In this document: positions 51,345 through 64,000 of the stretch, one piece after another
Position numbering within the stretch: position 1 is the stretch's first letter
Layout of the letters: the number at the start of each line of letters is the position of its first letter
Origin: Camelus dromedarius
Lineage: Eukaryota
Length of the DNA stretch: 64,000 bases
Reading direction: 5' to 3'
Assembly: GCF_036321535.1 (NCBI RefSeq)
Contig: NC_087436.1
Span: 51,958,001 to 52,022,000 of the forward strand
The notes under the pieces: generated by a model
Databases searched by the model: none
Told to the model about the DNA's origin: nothing
The model's input: only the letters and a program-made list of their open reading frames with translations
Translations under genes and position numbers: made by a program

Positions 51345-51960
51345 TATGAGTAGAATTTTCCTAGATGAGGAAGGTGGGGAGGAGAGACAGTTCATGGAAA
51401 GGGATGGTTCATATCATGCATAGTAAGTCTTGAAAAGAGCATACTGTAGTTATGGAAAATAGAGGCCCTTGTTGTGATTTTTAGAACAGAATAATGTTAT
51501 GGGAGTGACAGAAAGTGAGACTAGAGCTCTGATTGGGCCTAATTTGTGAAAAACTTTGCATGCTATTAATATCTAATTTAGATTTCACTTACGCAGGCAG
51601 AAGGAGACAAGTGGCCTTTTAGCTGGGCACTGCTAGTACCAGCAGATAATTCACGTGGCAGAGCGAAGGGTGGGGGGGAAGCTGGGACATGAGATAGGAG
51701 GCAGAGAGCCAGTTGGGAGATTTCGTCCACTAAAAAATGAAGATTTTTCTGAAATTGAGATGCATCTTACAATTGATGAAGTTATAAATTAAAATTGGCA
51801 GTATTTTTTTTTCTTTTTTTGGAGACTTACAAAATAATTATATATTGTACAGTCAGTGAAAACTATAATTCAGGTAGAGGTGATGTTGGTCTAAACGTAG
51901 ATACAGATGGGGATAGATAAAATTTAAGATCCATTTCTGGAGAGGAAAAATCTGAATGAT
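51345..51960 (-). mobile_element. L2 (antisense) interrupted by MER104
   Basis: 'gagtagaattttcctagatgaggaagg', 'ggaggcagagagccagttgggaga', resuming at 'ataattcaggtagaggtgatgttggtcta'. Confidence 0.65.
51720..51860 (+). mobile_element. MER104 (TcMar-Tc2) relic
   Basis: 'tctgaaattgagatgcatcttacaattgatg...aattggcagtattttttt...caaaataat' follows the recalled MER104 consensus. Confidence 0.7.
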
Positions 51961-52148
51961 AGAGTAAATTTGTTTTTTGATTTATGATACACGGTTTCTA
52001 AAAATTGTTAGAATTTAAGGTTCAAGAATTGTCAAGATACTTTGATTAAAGTCTTTTATAACTCAAATCAGTATGATTTTATGGGTATTGAATTACTTTT
52101 TGTGGCTGAAAAAAATTTTAATGGAGAAAAACAAGGTGTGTGTATGTG

Positions 52149-52168
52149 TATATATATATATATATATA
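52149..52168. repeat. (TA)n microsatellite
   Basis: About 10 TA units. Confidence 0.85.
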
Positions 52169-52794
52169 TTCAAGACCAGTGATCAATGATTCCAAATATA
52201 GACTTTGAATATCTGTAAATACCTTTTTGTCTTTTTCCCATTCCTTGGACTTTTTCTTCCATTTTTTCCCAATTCTCTATTTGTTATCTTCTTACTTTCC
52301 TTTCTTGTCCTATTTGCCTGAAAAAAAAATACTGTCACTCTAAAAGCATTATCTACCAACGTTTTAATTCCCTCCTCTTCTACCTCTCCCTTTTCCTGCT
52401 GCCCTTTTTACCGCTGCCTTGTGGATGACACTGGGAATAATGCATAATACAGAAGGGAGCAATTAACTCAACACTTGGCCTAGGGATTAAAGTAGAGACT
52501 GACTAGCTTTTGACTAACTCCTAAGGGCTCAGTTTACATTAATGCTGCCTTTAGATTCACTTTCTTCACCTGGTAGCACAGTGCAAACTCCCTAGTTGTT
52601 TATTCAAGTCAAGGTTTACTTTTGCAAAGCATGAATGGGTCAGGATGGGAAACAAATACAGCTCTTGAAAAGTGCCAGTTGGAAGAGGCTATCACAAAGT
52701 CACACTATTGTGCTGCAATGCTTATCTGTCTATATTAGGATACCTGGTAGTTGAATCCTGAAGAACAATCAGTATCTTTGCACTAAGGGATCTG

Positions 52795-53372
52795 GTAGAC
52801 ACTTGAGTTGTTTCCATATCTTGGCTATTGTAAATAATGCTGCAGTGAACACAGCAGGGGCATGTATCTTTTCAAATTAGTGTTTTTGTGTTCTTTGGAT
52901 AAATACCCAGAGGTGGACTAGGTGGGTTATGTGGTAGTTCTATTCCTACTTTTTTGAGTAATCTCCATATTGTTTTCCATAGTGGCTGCACCAGTTTACA
53001 GTCCTGCCAGCAGTTCCCTTTCTCTGTATCCTCTCCAATATTTGTTGTTCTTGTCTTTTTGATGATAGCCATTCTAACGGGTGTGAAGTGATATCTCATG
53101 GTAGTTTTGATTTGCATTTCCCTGATACTTAATGATATTGAGTGTCTTTTTATGTGTCTGTTAGACATCTGTATGTCTTTGGAAAAATGTATGTTCAGAT
53201 CATCTGCCCATTTTTTAAAATCAGATTGGGTGTTTTTGCTGTCAAGTTGTATGAGTTCTTTCATATTTGGGATCTTAACCCCTTGTTTAATACATAACTT
53301 GCAGATATGTTCTTGTATTCAGTAGGTTGACTTTTCATTTTGTTGATGGTTTATTTCCCTATGCAGAAGCCT
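52795..53372 (-). mobile_element. LINE-1 ORF2 C-terminal fragment (non-functional)
   Basis: ORF 52872-53264 contains [57 protein letters not shown] and LGIYPK, hallmark L1 ORF2p C-terminal motifs with small deletions. Confidence 0.95.
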
Positions 53373-53514
53373 TGTTTGGTCAATTACAGCTTTAGTCACT
53401 AAGAGAGAATCTCCCTGAAAAGGCCTGTGAGATGATGAGAGGAATTCTGTTTACTGTTGTTGAAGCACCACTGTTGTGATTGAAACATCAGGATGAGAAG
53501 TTAGAATTAAGTGC

Positions 53515-53770
53515 TTATTTATTTATTCATTCATTCATTCACTTAGTTAATCCAACAAATACTTACCGAGTGGCCTTCTATTTGCTAGGTTTCAGGCTAA
53601 ATATTCAGTGATACATAAAGTATTTCTTACTATTTTACCAGTTCTACCATAGAATGAGAGAAAGGCAGTTGATGAATGATTCTAGCATTATATATGACTA
53701 CACAATCTGGTATATAAAATGGGAGAGGAGAATTTACAGATGATCAGGAGAAGGCAGGTGTCAGACATAA
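53515..53770 (-). mobile_element. L2 3' end (antisense)
   Basis: 'attcattcattcattcac...caacaaatacttaccgagtg...tatttgctagg'. Confidence 0.65.
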
Positions 53771-55721
53771 GCAAAAGACTTGGTTGAATTTTAAATTATA
53801 CATAACCCAATGAGTCTCTTAAGAAATTGATGAGCATTTATTTTCCTAGGAAGAATTCAAGTATAGTGAAAACTTTTTTTCCCTCAAAATGTGTTGTCTT
53901 TGTTAAATAATATGTGTGTGCATGTATATGCGTGTTTGTATATATTATAGGTAAATGTCTGTTTATGTGTACATATGAATGTAGAAACCTATATACCATA
54001 TACCCAACACTGGACTTACTGATAGGACCACATTTATTTTATTTGGAATACTTATTTACAGTAGACCCTGTTTAATTATAAAGGACTGTGAACATTTGTA
54101 TGTTTGATACTATGCACTTTCCAAAACATAAAAACATAATCCTGCTCAGTCATGGACAGGCTTGTGCTTGTGTGTCTATTTTCTTTTCTGTACCTGAAGT
54201 GATAATACTTCATGATATCAATATTTCTCAAACATGTATATCAGAAGACATCATGACTGCAAAGGTAAATGATGTGAATGGTCATGTTCTTCTAAGTTGC
54301 CTGAGAAATACAGCCCTGAGAGGCCTTTGTAAGTGGAACATATTTTGAAGTCTTAAGCTTTCTAGGGAACAATCTTGCAAGCATTTTACTTCCTCCAAAT
54401 ACATGTGTTTATTTCAATACAAAAAAGATCCAGGTTGTAATTACTGCTTCCTAATAATGTAGTGCAAGAAACACAGCTGTGCATTTGGAGCTTTAATTCA
54501 GTAATATTCCAAACTGGTGAGTTCACTGAGTTAGAACTTGTTTCAGTTTTGACAGTTGTTGAGTCTTCATAGATACTTACTCATCTAGCAAATTTTTCCC
54601 CCATATCAGTAGTCTGCAGTCTCTGACTTGGGTCATTCTGTTACCAGTGTGCCATATCTAAAGGAAACCTTTGCAATCCAAATATACGATTGTTTCCCAA
54701 CTGTCATATCAAGATATCGGAGGTCCTACATTTTTAATTTTGTCACTTGGTTTGGGAAATTTTGCCTAGATGCTGGACGTAACAACAATTAGAATGGAGA
54801 GAGGAAGGAGATTCTGTGTGTGCGTGGGGGTGTGTGCGTGTGCGTGTGCACATGTGTGATTGCAAGGAGCCTGGATTCTCAGAAAGTTTACAACTCAGAT
54901 CTTGGCTGAGCTATGTCGGCACAAATCTGTTCATCGTTTATATTAAAATCCTTCAAAGCTTAGGTTCTATAACTATATGGTTTTTTCACGTAGAAAGAAA
55001 GGTACTACTTTAATGTTAGAGTTTCAAAATTTCAGGTATTTCAGCATCCGTATCGTGACAGTATTATATACAACACAGTTTATTATCCATAAATATTTTC
55101 TACTCAAAGCATATACACATTGTGTATTTGTACTTTACCATTTTTTCTAATTCTCCACACTCATACAAATGTATATCTTGACGGAGAAAACTGAAAACTT
55201 GATTGTTAATGTTTCTAATGTTGCTGTTTGCATTTTTATGTAGTTTGACACAAAGTTCTCACTGTTAAATCCACATCTATCCCACATGTTTTAGAGATGA
55301 AAAGGAAGGTCTTTGTTTTCCTATTAGTAGTTTATATATAATTTCCTTTGAGTATTGTATATACAAGATGCATAAAGGAATTGTTATTTTTTTCTATTTT
55401 AAATTCCTCTTAACTGTCATAAAAGGTATATGTTTAATATTGTTTTAAAAATATAATTAAACACATAATTGAATTCTAATTTGCTATGCCTGTTGCTGAT
55501 AAAAACAGTCTGGAACCAATAAATTCTTTGAAATCCAAAGAATTCTGTATTTCAGAGATACTCAACAGGACATGTACAAAATAGCCAACATTTTACTTAT
55601 AAATTTTAAAATCATCTTTAGGCAAACCAGGCTTGTGGAAGGAGTTGCAACCAGTGTGCCAGATTGCCAGGCACTTCTGTGAGCTTAATGCATTTAAGGG
55701 TTACATTTCTTGTATTAGAAG

Positions 55722-56260
55722 CTTATTTATCCAATAAATGTTTATTGAACCTTTTTTTAGGTGACAGTCACTTTTCTAGACACTGGAGACATAGTAGTGA
55801 GTGTATTCAACAAAAACATCTTTGTCTTTATGAAGCTTGCATTCTGGTGAGAGCATGACAGAAAAAAGTCAGATATATGATATGTCAAATGGTGATTTTA
55901 TGTGGAGAAAATAAAGCTAGACAGGAAGATGGGGAATGCAAGGTGTATTCAATTCAAAATCAGGTGGTCAGGGAAGGTCTCCCGGAAGTGACATTTGGAG
56001 GGGGACGCTTCCCTGGGAGAATGTGTTCCCACCGGGGAGTATTCTAACTCTCTGAGGCAACAGCACGGCTGGAGGTTGTGGGAGAGTTGGGCTGAGAGTT
56101 GGGCTGACTGATGCTGAGTGAATGAAATGAGAGAGTAAGAGAGGAGGGGGTCAAAAGAGTGTTGTGCGTGGAGAATGGGGGGAATCATAGGACATTTTGT
56201 GAGGGCTTTGGCTTTACTCCGAAGAAGATGACAGACCATAAGAAAGCTCTAAGCGTGAAG
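55722..56260 (-). mobile_element. L2 3' region (antisense)
   Basis: 'aataaatgtttattgaac...ctagacactggagacatag...gaagcttgcattctggtg...ggtggtcagggaaggtctc...gtgacatttg'. Confidence 0.85.
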
Positions 56261-56820
56261 AATTAGTGAAAATGTCTTCAGAAATCCTGACTATACATTG
56301 TGCTGTAAAAGCTTTATTTATAATATTGCCTCGTTCTTCTACCCCTCTCCTCCAAATTTCTTTATTTCTTCTAAATGGTGAATTTCAGAAGACATTACAT
56401 TTGAAATATACATGCCTCAAGTGAGCTGTAGCAGGTTTTTCAGAGTCTTGTTTCAGGTGATGTCAAACACAGAGCAGTGTCTTAGCAAAGGCAGAAACCA
56501 GACTGTGGCTTTCTCCTCTGGGCTCTGGCCGTGACATTTGGAAGTGGAAACACAGAGGCCATAAACCTGAGATGGTAGAAGTAATAGCTTTTAAAGAAGA
56601 TTTTCAGACTAATACACATTTCTTGCCCTAATTAATAGACAAAATAGGACATGCAGAGAAGAAAGAGTTAAGTGGCTTGACTAATCTTTTCCTGGGTTAT
56701 AAAAGAGAATTAGGGGTAGGAGAGAATGAAGAAAAAAAAATAATTCTGACTTTAAAAAAAAAAGTCAAGATGCTTGGGAATCCTTGAAAAAAATCCAGCT
56801 GGTGAAGACATAAAATTTGA

Positions 56821-56950
56821 CTGACCATATGTCCTGTTTATTTCCCAGGACAATCCTAATTTATGCCTGTTGTCCAGTGTAATTATTAATAACCCCCTTT
56901 TAGATCCCCAGAGTATCCTTGTTTAGACAATAAGCTAATGTGGTCACCCA
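56821..56950 (+). mobile_element. MER94 hAT-Blackjack, near full length
   Basis: 'tgaccatatgtcc...gcctgttgtccagtgtaattattaataacccccc...tgtggtcaccc' with terminal inverted repeats. Confidence 0.85.
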
Positions 56951-57539
56951 ACGTGTATGTCCATAACTGTTTGTGCTTTATTTTTACTATTTATCATCTG
57001 CATTATATTATTTATATTATTCCAAATCATTTCAGTTTTTGGTATGTTCATAATTTTGGTTTGAGTTGGGATCTTATTAGTGTTCATTATTTCAATATTT
57101 TGTTTTTTTCTTTAAACTTTTGTTTTCCTCTGGGAATAGGAGTGTTTAAAGAGTTTGGGAATTGTTCCCTTTCTAGGCAATTCAGAAAAATATGCACTTT
57201 TTAATTTTAGAAGATGCTTATATATGTCTATTTTATTAACATTTTTGTCTGCTGACTGAAAGACTATTTTAGAGTCCAAGTTACGTATATTTTCCAGAGT
57301 GTTGCTGTTATAATAATATTGAATAATTACATATTAAATTGTGATATATTTGTGTATTACTTAGAAGCGTTGATGAGTTTTGATATGTGGAAAGAGATTG
57401 AAGAGAGAAACAAAGGTTTCATTTTTAAGGGGATTTTCTGGAATGGATGCTTTCATATGTGTGTCCAGATTTGTTTTGCTATTGTATTATCTCAACTGGA
57501 AACACCACTACACTATAAATACTGCTGTAACATTTTTTA

Positions 57540-57750
57540 TAGACATGGCATTGTGAAGTCAGGGGAAGAGAACTGAGTTGAGAGTCAGGAAACTTGAATT
57601 CTAGTTTGGTTTTACCTGGTAAGTGGCATTATGATTTTGCCAATATTATTTATCCAGTCTGTGCCTTAGTGCTGGCTCTCTGGCCTAAACTAAGTCACGG
57701 GCTATTGTGTGGAGCCAAGGACATAATATATTTGAAAGAATTTTATAAAT
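57540..57750 (+). mobile_element. MIR SINE
   Basis: 'gagagtcaggaaacttgaattctagttt...gtctgtgccttagt...cacgggctattgtg'. Confidence 0.6.
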
Positions 57751-60700
57751 TATCGTTCTTCTCTAAATCTGAGATTGCATTAGATCTGCAGAAAAAAAGA
57801 AAGCTCTTTTAAGTGAGAGGGCTACATTTCTTTCCTAAGGAAGTTCTGAACCAGTAAGTTAATTACCTCTTTCCCCTAGGGAATGAATCAGCTAATTATA
57901 AAGAGAGAGCCAAGGTCAAATTTAAGCCAGTCTTTCCATTAGCCTAGGAGACTGCTTAGTTCATCCCCTGCATGGAGGGACTGCTGGAGCAAATGTGAAC
58001 AGTTTGACAGGTTTGGGAGCCAAGTAAATAGACCTTTCAGAATGACTTTATTAGATTATTGAAAATACTATGTATTAATAGGCTGTCAGAGATACCCAAA
58101 TGTCTATCTTTCACATACAAATACTTTTTGGATTATGTGCACTGATGACCTGCACAGTTGGCAAAGATAATTAAATTTTAACTGTGTCTTTGCAGCTAAT
58201 CCAGCTTGATATCTGTGTTTCAGTGTAGGACATAGCTTTCATCAGAGATACTGGAGCAAGAATGCCTATGTTCAAAGAGGCTTAAGCATATTCCTTTTTA
58301 ATAATGTTCATTCATATTTTTATTGTATGATTAAGAGTAGATCCATATTCTGTCCTCCTCCAGTTGGTCTCTCTTTGATATAGATGATATTTTTATGAAC
58401 CACATTTTCATCAGTGCAGTGAATCATCCATTCCTGGATACCTGCCAATAGATAGTCATGACCTTGGGATAAAATAACAATTGGGAAAATTAATCAGATT
58501 TCCATATGTGATGCTGGGCAGTGTAAAGAGTATAAGGTGTGCCCTTTCCCTAGCACAGACTCGTTCAGACACACAGAAGTGAAGGGAATCTTTTATGTGA
58601 TACTGTTTTTAAGGACTGGAAAAACAGTGACTAAAGAGGGCGGTTATGGTGTACCATTGTTATTGAGTGTATTTTTTAATGTGTTTGGGCTAGGGTTGGG
58701 GGTGGAAAGTTATACAAGCTGGGATGCCTGATTTAGTGTGGAAAAGAATTCTGTCCATTTATACTGTAATGCTTTTCTCATATATATTTTTCAAAATTAA
58801 ATGGCTCTCTCTCTTATAGTAAAAGAAAAAAAAAAAAAGGAGGAAAGAAAAATGATCAGAAGCTTCTGAATACGCCCTAGATACGCTTTTTGGTATAGCT
58901 TGTTCTAGGTTTGGTTTTTTGTTTTTCTGGTCCTGGTCATGATGTTGCTGGTGATGACTGTGAGAAAGAATGTATTTACCTTTAAATATGATTTATCAGA
59001 ATAAATAAATACAGATGTTTTTTAACAGTGATGATTTCAATAGATTAAGATTCTTTAATTCTCAACAGTTTATCCTTAATAGTACAGTATGTTATTGAAC
59101 CAAGCAACCAGGAAGTCATATGCGTGATTGTAAGAAAGCGTTGACTGAAAAGTGTATTGAACTGAGAAAATTAAAAACACAGTAAAACATGTTAAGCATT
59201 TTGTGTATTTTAAAATATAGAAATTTTTAGTAATTTGTCTTACAAGATTCCCTCAACTGATGTTCATTTTTATGGAAAGTAATCCAAGGATATTTAATTT
59301 CTTTACCCAGTGTTATTCAAAATATGCTCCTCTAAACTAGATCTCCATTATGTTGGGTGAAGAAGATCAATTTCAAGAATCTATGCTAACCGATTATTTA
59401 GAAAGGTTTCTCTGACTTACTATTTATTTTTCAGGTTCAGGTTCCGGTAAAGCTGTCATCAGAATCTAACCAGAAAATGCATGGTTGAATCATCAGCACT
59501 GTCCAGTACTACTGGGCCCTCTCTGACTGTCATTGAAAATACCTAATAGAATTCCTAGGGTTACGTAACAGTGTGCTTGCCACGGGGTGCCTCTGCTACT
59601 TCAGATGACTCCTAGAGTAATATGTATTAACAGAGCAACGGTTTCCAAGTCGTCTAAAAAGTTTGATAAATGCTTGGGATGCCTTATTTTCAGAATTCAC
59701 TGATAATCTGGGCTCCTAAATTTAAGTACAGGTTATTTTATGTCTATGAGAAGGAATGAGGAAAATTCAGTGCAGCAGATCACTAAAGAAAACCGAAAGA
59801 ATTTAAGGATTAAATTCCACTTGGTTGGGTGTCTCCTACTTTTAAAAGTATTTTGATCGTGTTAAGAACATAATCTAGAAGAGAGAACATGTGTGAACTT
59901 TATATTGTCTTGGCTGCCAGGTAGCGACTAGAACATGTATTTGCTTTCGGAGGGGAGTGTGTTTTGTTCTTTAAAGCAGTTTTGAAAAATTCCTAGTTGA
60001 TGCTGTTATATATTACTTTTGTACAGTCAATATATTTGGAGTTGTAAACGTTGTTATGTACCGCACGCAGTGTGTCCATTCTGGTGGAATGCAGTCATTC
60101 CTAAAGGTTGACACTCAGGAACCATGACTATGCCTTGCGTTTCTGGGTGCCTGTTGATGATGTTGGACTTGATTTTGTATGTGGTTTTTCAAAAAGTAGA
60201 CTGCTTGAAGTAATTTCTTACGTTCATGTTTTTTAGCAACATGAGCATGGGCCTTAGAATTTCAGTTTGGAATGTTGGGGTTTTTGCTTGTTTGTTTCCC
60301 CCCTGTGAAGGGATGCTGACTAGAATCCCTTTTAATTCTCAAAATGTGATTTCTCTTGGAAACAAACTTTTAAGTGATGTGACCTTGAATATATCAGATC
60401 TGATTAAAAATCTTTTACATTGATGTAAAACATTACTAAGTATGTTAATGTGAACAGACTTATTTAGTTCTAATATAGATAGTAACTACAGCTGTCGTTG
60501 TATGAGGCAGCTGTGTATTTCCTGTAATTCCATGTTAATCCCTTGTAAGCGGCACTATAGTGTGGATTTTTTTAATTGCCCTTGGATAATCTCTCTATCA
60601 CAGCACTTCACATTTTATACATTGTACAGTTGGATTTAGTGCTTTCTACCACTTAGCAACTAATGGAAAATATATGTGAAACCTTGAATCCATGCAAGCA

Positions 60701-63700
60701 AGTCGTTTCATAGTAGGAATTCTGGTACAAAACTGGAGTGGAGCGGTTTGGAATAGAATACTTAGGCTTCTTCATGGTGTAATTCAAATGGGACAATCTG
60801 TTTGAATAAAAATACAGGAGGAATTTAAGGCCAAGGGGGTTGTTTGGGTTTAACCAACATTTTGTAATGCATACCTTAAGGTAAAACTGTAAGTTTTTCA
60901 AATTTATTGAAGTGACTAGTATACGTGCCAATTTAGTATGAATGGATATTCATATTTTGAATATCCTTTGAATGTTTGCATGTATATGTGAGTTATCGAT
61001 AAATAATGTACAAGAAAGCCATTGGATAATAGACACGGTCCTGGTGTGAATTGGGAAATTGAAGAGGGAAAGTATCCAGTGTTTCATTTGCATCTGTGTG
61101 TGCTAGGGGAAGAAAGTTGTTTCCAGAGTGCCTGTTGCACCCAAGCAAGTACATTTTTCCTTGAGTATCAGAAAAGCTAGATCTTTCTATTAAAACCTAT
61201 TCATCTCTAGCTGAGAAAGCATCAGTAATTCTGTTAAGTAAAATTTAGTCTTAATACTATTTAAAGATTATATTTTAGTTTGATTATAAAAAGTGGGATT
61301 AAAATAGAAGTATGCTTGTTTCTGGTGAGAAAAGGAATAGGTTAATTTTCCCTTTCTCATTGGGCTATTATTTTAGCAAGAAAAAGAAACAAAATAAAAG
61401 GAAAAAAAGAACCAAAGCTTGCTGTCAAGTAATTGTGGAAAACAAAGCATTGGGTATACATGGTATTATTTAAGAATGTATTATTGAACTTGTCTCAAAG
61501 GATTTGAAAATTTAAGGCTATTGTAAAAATTAGGGTACTAAATAATCTGATTTCCTTTATGGTGAACATATTTATATGTATTTGTAATCTTAACTATATA
61601 AGTGGCAGTGAAACATGTTTTCTTCCTAAGTGTGATCATCTGTTTTATATTTAATTGGAGAAAATTTCTTCCAGTTTTCTGATTATAATGATAACATGGC
61701 ATGCAAGAAACCAGAGCATGTTAATCAAACCTCATGATTATAAGTATTTAACTTCATGGAAAATGATCATTATGGATGTTCAATAACACTCATTTGACTC
61801 CATTTCATGTAACGTTAGTTCCAGTCTTAACTATTAAGTTACACGTTTGTAAATCTCACTAATGAAGGAAATTTGTAAATCCTCTGATTTTGAGTTTGAA
61901 TCTCTCATTTCATTTTGCAACTTAAACAATACTTTTAGAAAATCAGTCTGCATTGTTATATGGAATACAATTTGTTAACGGGCCTCTTCCAAGATGACAC
62001 TACTCAAGATTGTAATGCATACTGAATATTCATTTTATTCCAGATGTTGAGTACTTTTAAGATTGCTTTCACTGAAAGAGAATAGAGCTTCTAGGAATAA
62101 AAGTTTTATTGTTCACCATGGGCAGTTCAGAATTATATGATTTACTTCCCCATTTGAAATAGCTTATAAATGACCTTTCCTTATAGGGTGGTCTACTGAA
62201 ATTTTGCTAGATGAAAGAGAGATACGTGTTTAGCTTAGTGATGAGATTTTATTATATTTTTAAGAAGAGATTAATTCTCTTTTGTCTGTTTTTACTGCCA
62301 TGTTAGTTTTAAATTTTATTCTTAAGATTAGATTCAGAAGCTGAAAGCAATATTCTAGAGCTTTTCTTTTAACTGTATTTCTATTTATCTGCAATGTTCA
62401 TGATACTATAGAATACTTTTCAAAGGGAGAAAAGATTTTATTATAATTTCATACATATGTTGTTCATTGTTGAGTAGACTCTTCTATAAGTAGAAGAATC
62501 TGGTTATAAAATATTGATTTCATTTAGGAAGCATGAGTTAATAATGTCACAGATATATCTAATCACCATCGAGGCAATAATTTTTTAATGGAAATAACTG
62601 TCAACAATATTCTGTGTATTTTTTAACCACTCATTTTACCTTTACATTTTCTTGAAATATGTTACTGTGATTTTCAGCATCCTTCTGCCTTTCTGTTAAA
62701 GAGCTGGGCTGTGTCCATGGACACTTGTCACTAACAGGTATATTTGAAATGTAACCAACTGTGGCATTTTTTCTTAATTTTTTTTCTCCTTATTCCATGA
62801 CCCCACATTATTAATGGACCTTCAAATTATTCTTTAAATATTATAATTTCCAGATGTATTAATGAAATATTTAGGAGAATTTTGAGCCACAAGATGATAA
62901 AATTGTAGTATATCAGGCTTTGACAGTGAATCTGGGAACCCCAATCTCACTCTTCCTTCTTTTTTGGTGAAACAAAGGAACATCTGGATATCCAGTAAAA
63001 ACTCTGGAGAATAAACAGTGGTAGAGAACATTCTTCATTTGTTGCTCATTGCTCATGTCTGATTTGAGACTTTTAAAAATATATATATATTTCTGCTTAT
63101 TTCAGTCCTCAAGAACTGTTACTTTTCCACATTCATTTGCTTCATTAGTTCTTGTTTCATCCAGAGAGCAGTTGGTTTTATAGTTTATCCCCATTGCTGA
63201 AATATTCTTATTTGTGTTCTTCTCTTATCTGGATGATGGAAGAACTGTGTTTTCCATTATTACACGTGATTTTTTCCCCTTTGTTTTCCCTAAATGAATT
63301 GTTTCTAGAAGGGAATCTAAACTGTGGGTAATTATTACTCAACCTTCCTAGTGTTTATAAAAACAAAAGTTGACCTTATACAGTGAAGGGTTATGGGAAA
63401 ACTTGGGTGTAACAAAATTTTTTTAACGTGAAGGGAAAAAAATTTCAACAGTGAAAGTGGGAGAGTCTGCTTCAGTTTTCCAATTTTAACTCCACCCCCC
63501 CCCCAAAAAAAAGAGAGAGAGAGAGAGTTATTCAATAACATAATGCAGTTTTAAAGGGATTTTTCTTAGCATATTCTTATGTTATCTGAATAACATGATA
63601 ATAAAGATCAAACACCTTTGCTTCAGCACAGGATATGCTGAGGGGAAAATCATATTCTTTCGTGGAGGGCTTTCGTCTCTCTTCCATTAACCAGGAAACC

Positions 63701-63827
63701 TGGGATACATTCTTCATAACTCCACTTAATAACTTTTCCTTTTCTTCCTCCTCCCTTTTTTTCTCCTTCCTCTTTTCTGTAACACTGTCATTTTTTCCTC
63801 CTCTTTTTTCCCTTTTCCTCCCATCAG

Positions 63828-64000
63828 TGTTTATTATGAATTTATTCCTTGCTGGGCTCTTCTTCAAGACGCGTGGTTCATCCTCAAGCCCAAGAGAGAG
63901 AAGAGACGAAATAGAACTGTTGTATTTCTTTTCTTGTCCCACCCAACAAACAACTCCTTTTTGGAGACGAAGATCGCTTTAGCATTGCTCGTGGTCTCTG
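63828..64000 (+). other. Candidate exon of an unidentified host gene, running off the window
   Basis: Pyrimidine tract 63733-63822 with branch-like tgtaac (~63778) and catcAG acceptor at 63826-63827; six CpGs retained in the last ~135 bp. Confidence 0.4.

Noticed and set aside
59435..59446. 12-nt microexon GTTCAGGTTCCG between tttttcAG and GTAAAG
   Set aside because: Lies in sequence resembling a decayed MER5/Charlie element, and the donor is modest.
292..63982. The many short ORFs in the track as host protein-coding genes
   Set aside because: Low-complexity F/L/K/I-rich translations with no recognisable domains, many inside repeats; expected by chance in 64 kb. Only 52872-53264 is recognisable, and it is L1.
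1..64000. Host gene name, miRNA or snoRNA
   Set aside because: I recognised no exon peptide, known miRNA hairpin or well-formed C/D or H/ACA snoRNA, so none is claimed.

Overview
AT-rich, CpG-poor mammalian DNA, most likely camelid (camel/alpaca/vicuna), inferred from four tRNA-derived SINEs resembling the camelid vic-1 family and no recognisable Alu, B1 or Bov-A. I can support no host protein-coding exon. The only ORF with a recognisable product is a decayed LINE-1 ORF2p C-terminal fragment (52872-53264, minus); the rest look like chance ORFs. The window reads as a large intron or intergenic tract with old repeats (L2, MIR, MER3, MER5B, MER45, MER81, MER94, MER102, MER104, LTR16C), L1 3' ends, several enhancer-like motif clusters, and a strong 3' splice site opening a CpG-retaining candidate exon at the right edge (63828 onward). 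The most unusual structure is an apparent single retro-insertion at 41176-41413: an L1 3' end joined head-to-head to the first 39 nt of 5S rRNA between target-site duplications, consistent with twin priming on two different RNAs. Also notable are a MER81-like relic carrying perfect nested hairpins (48724-48855) and a SINE with an extra 3' tail (31499-31685). I see no evidence of a new multi-gene system. Repeat names come from recalled consensus sequences matched by eye, and repeat boundaries are approximate.
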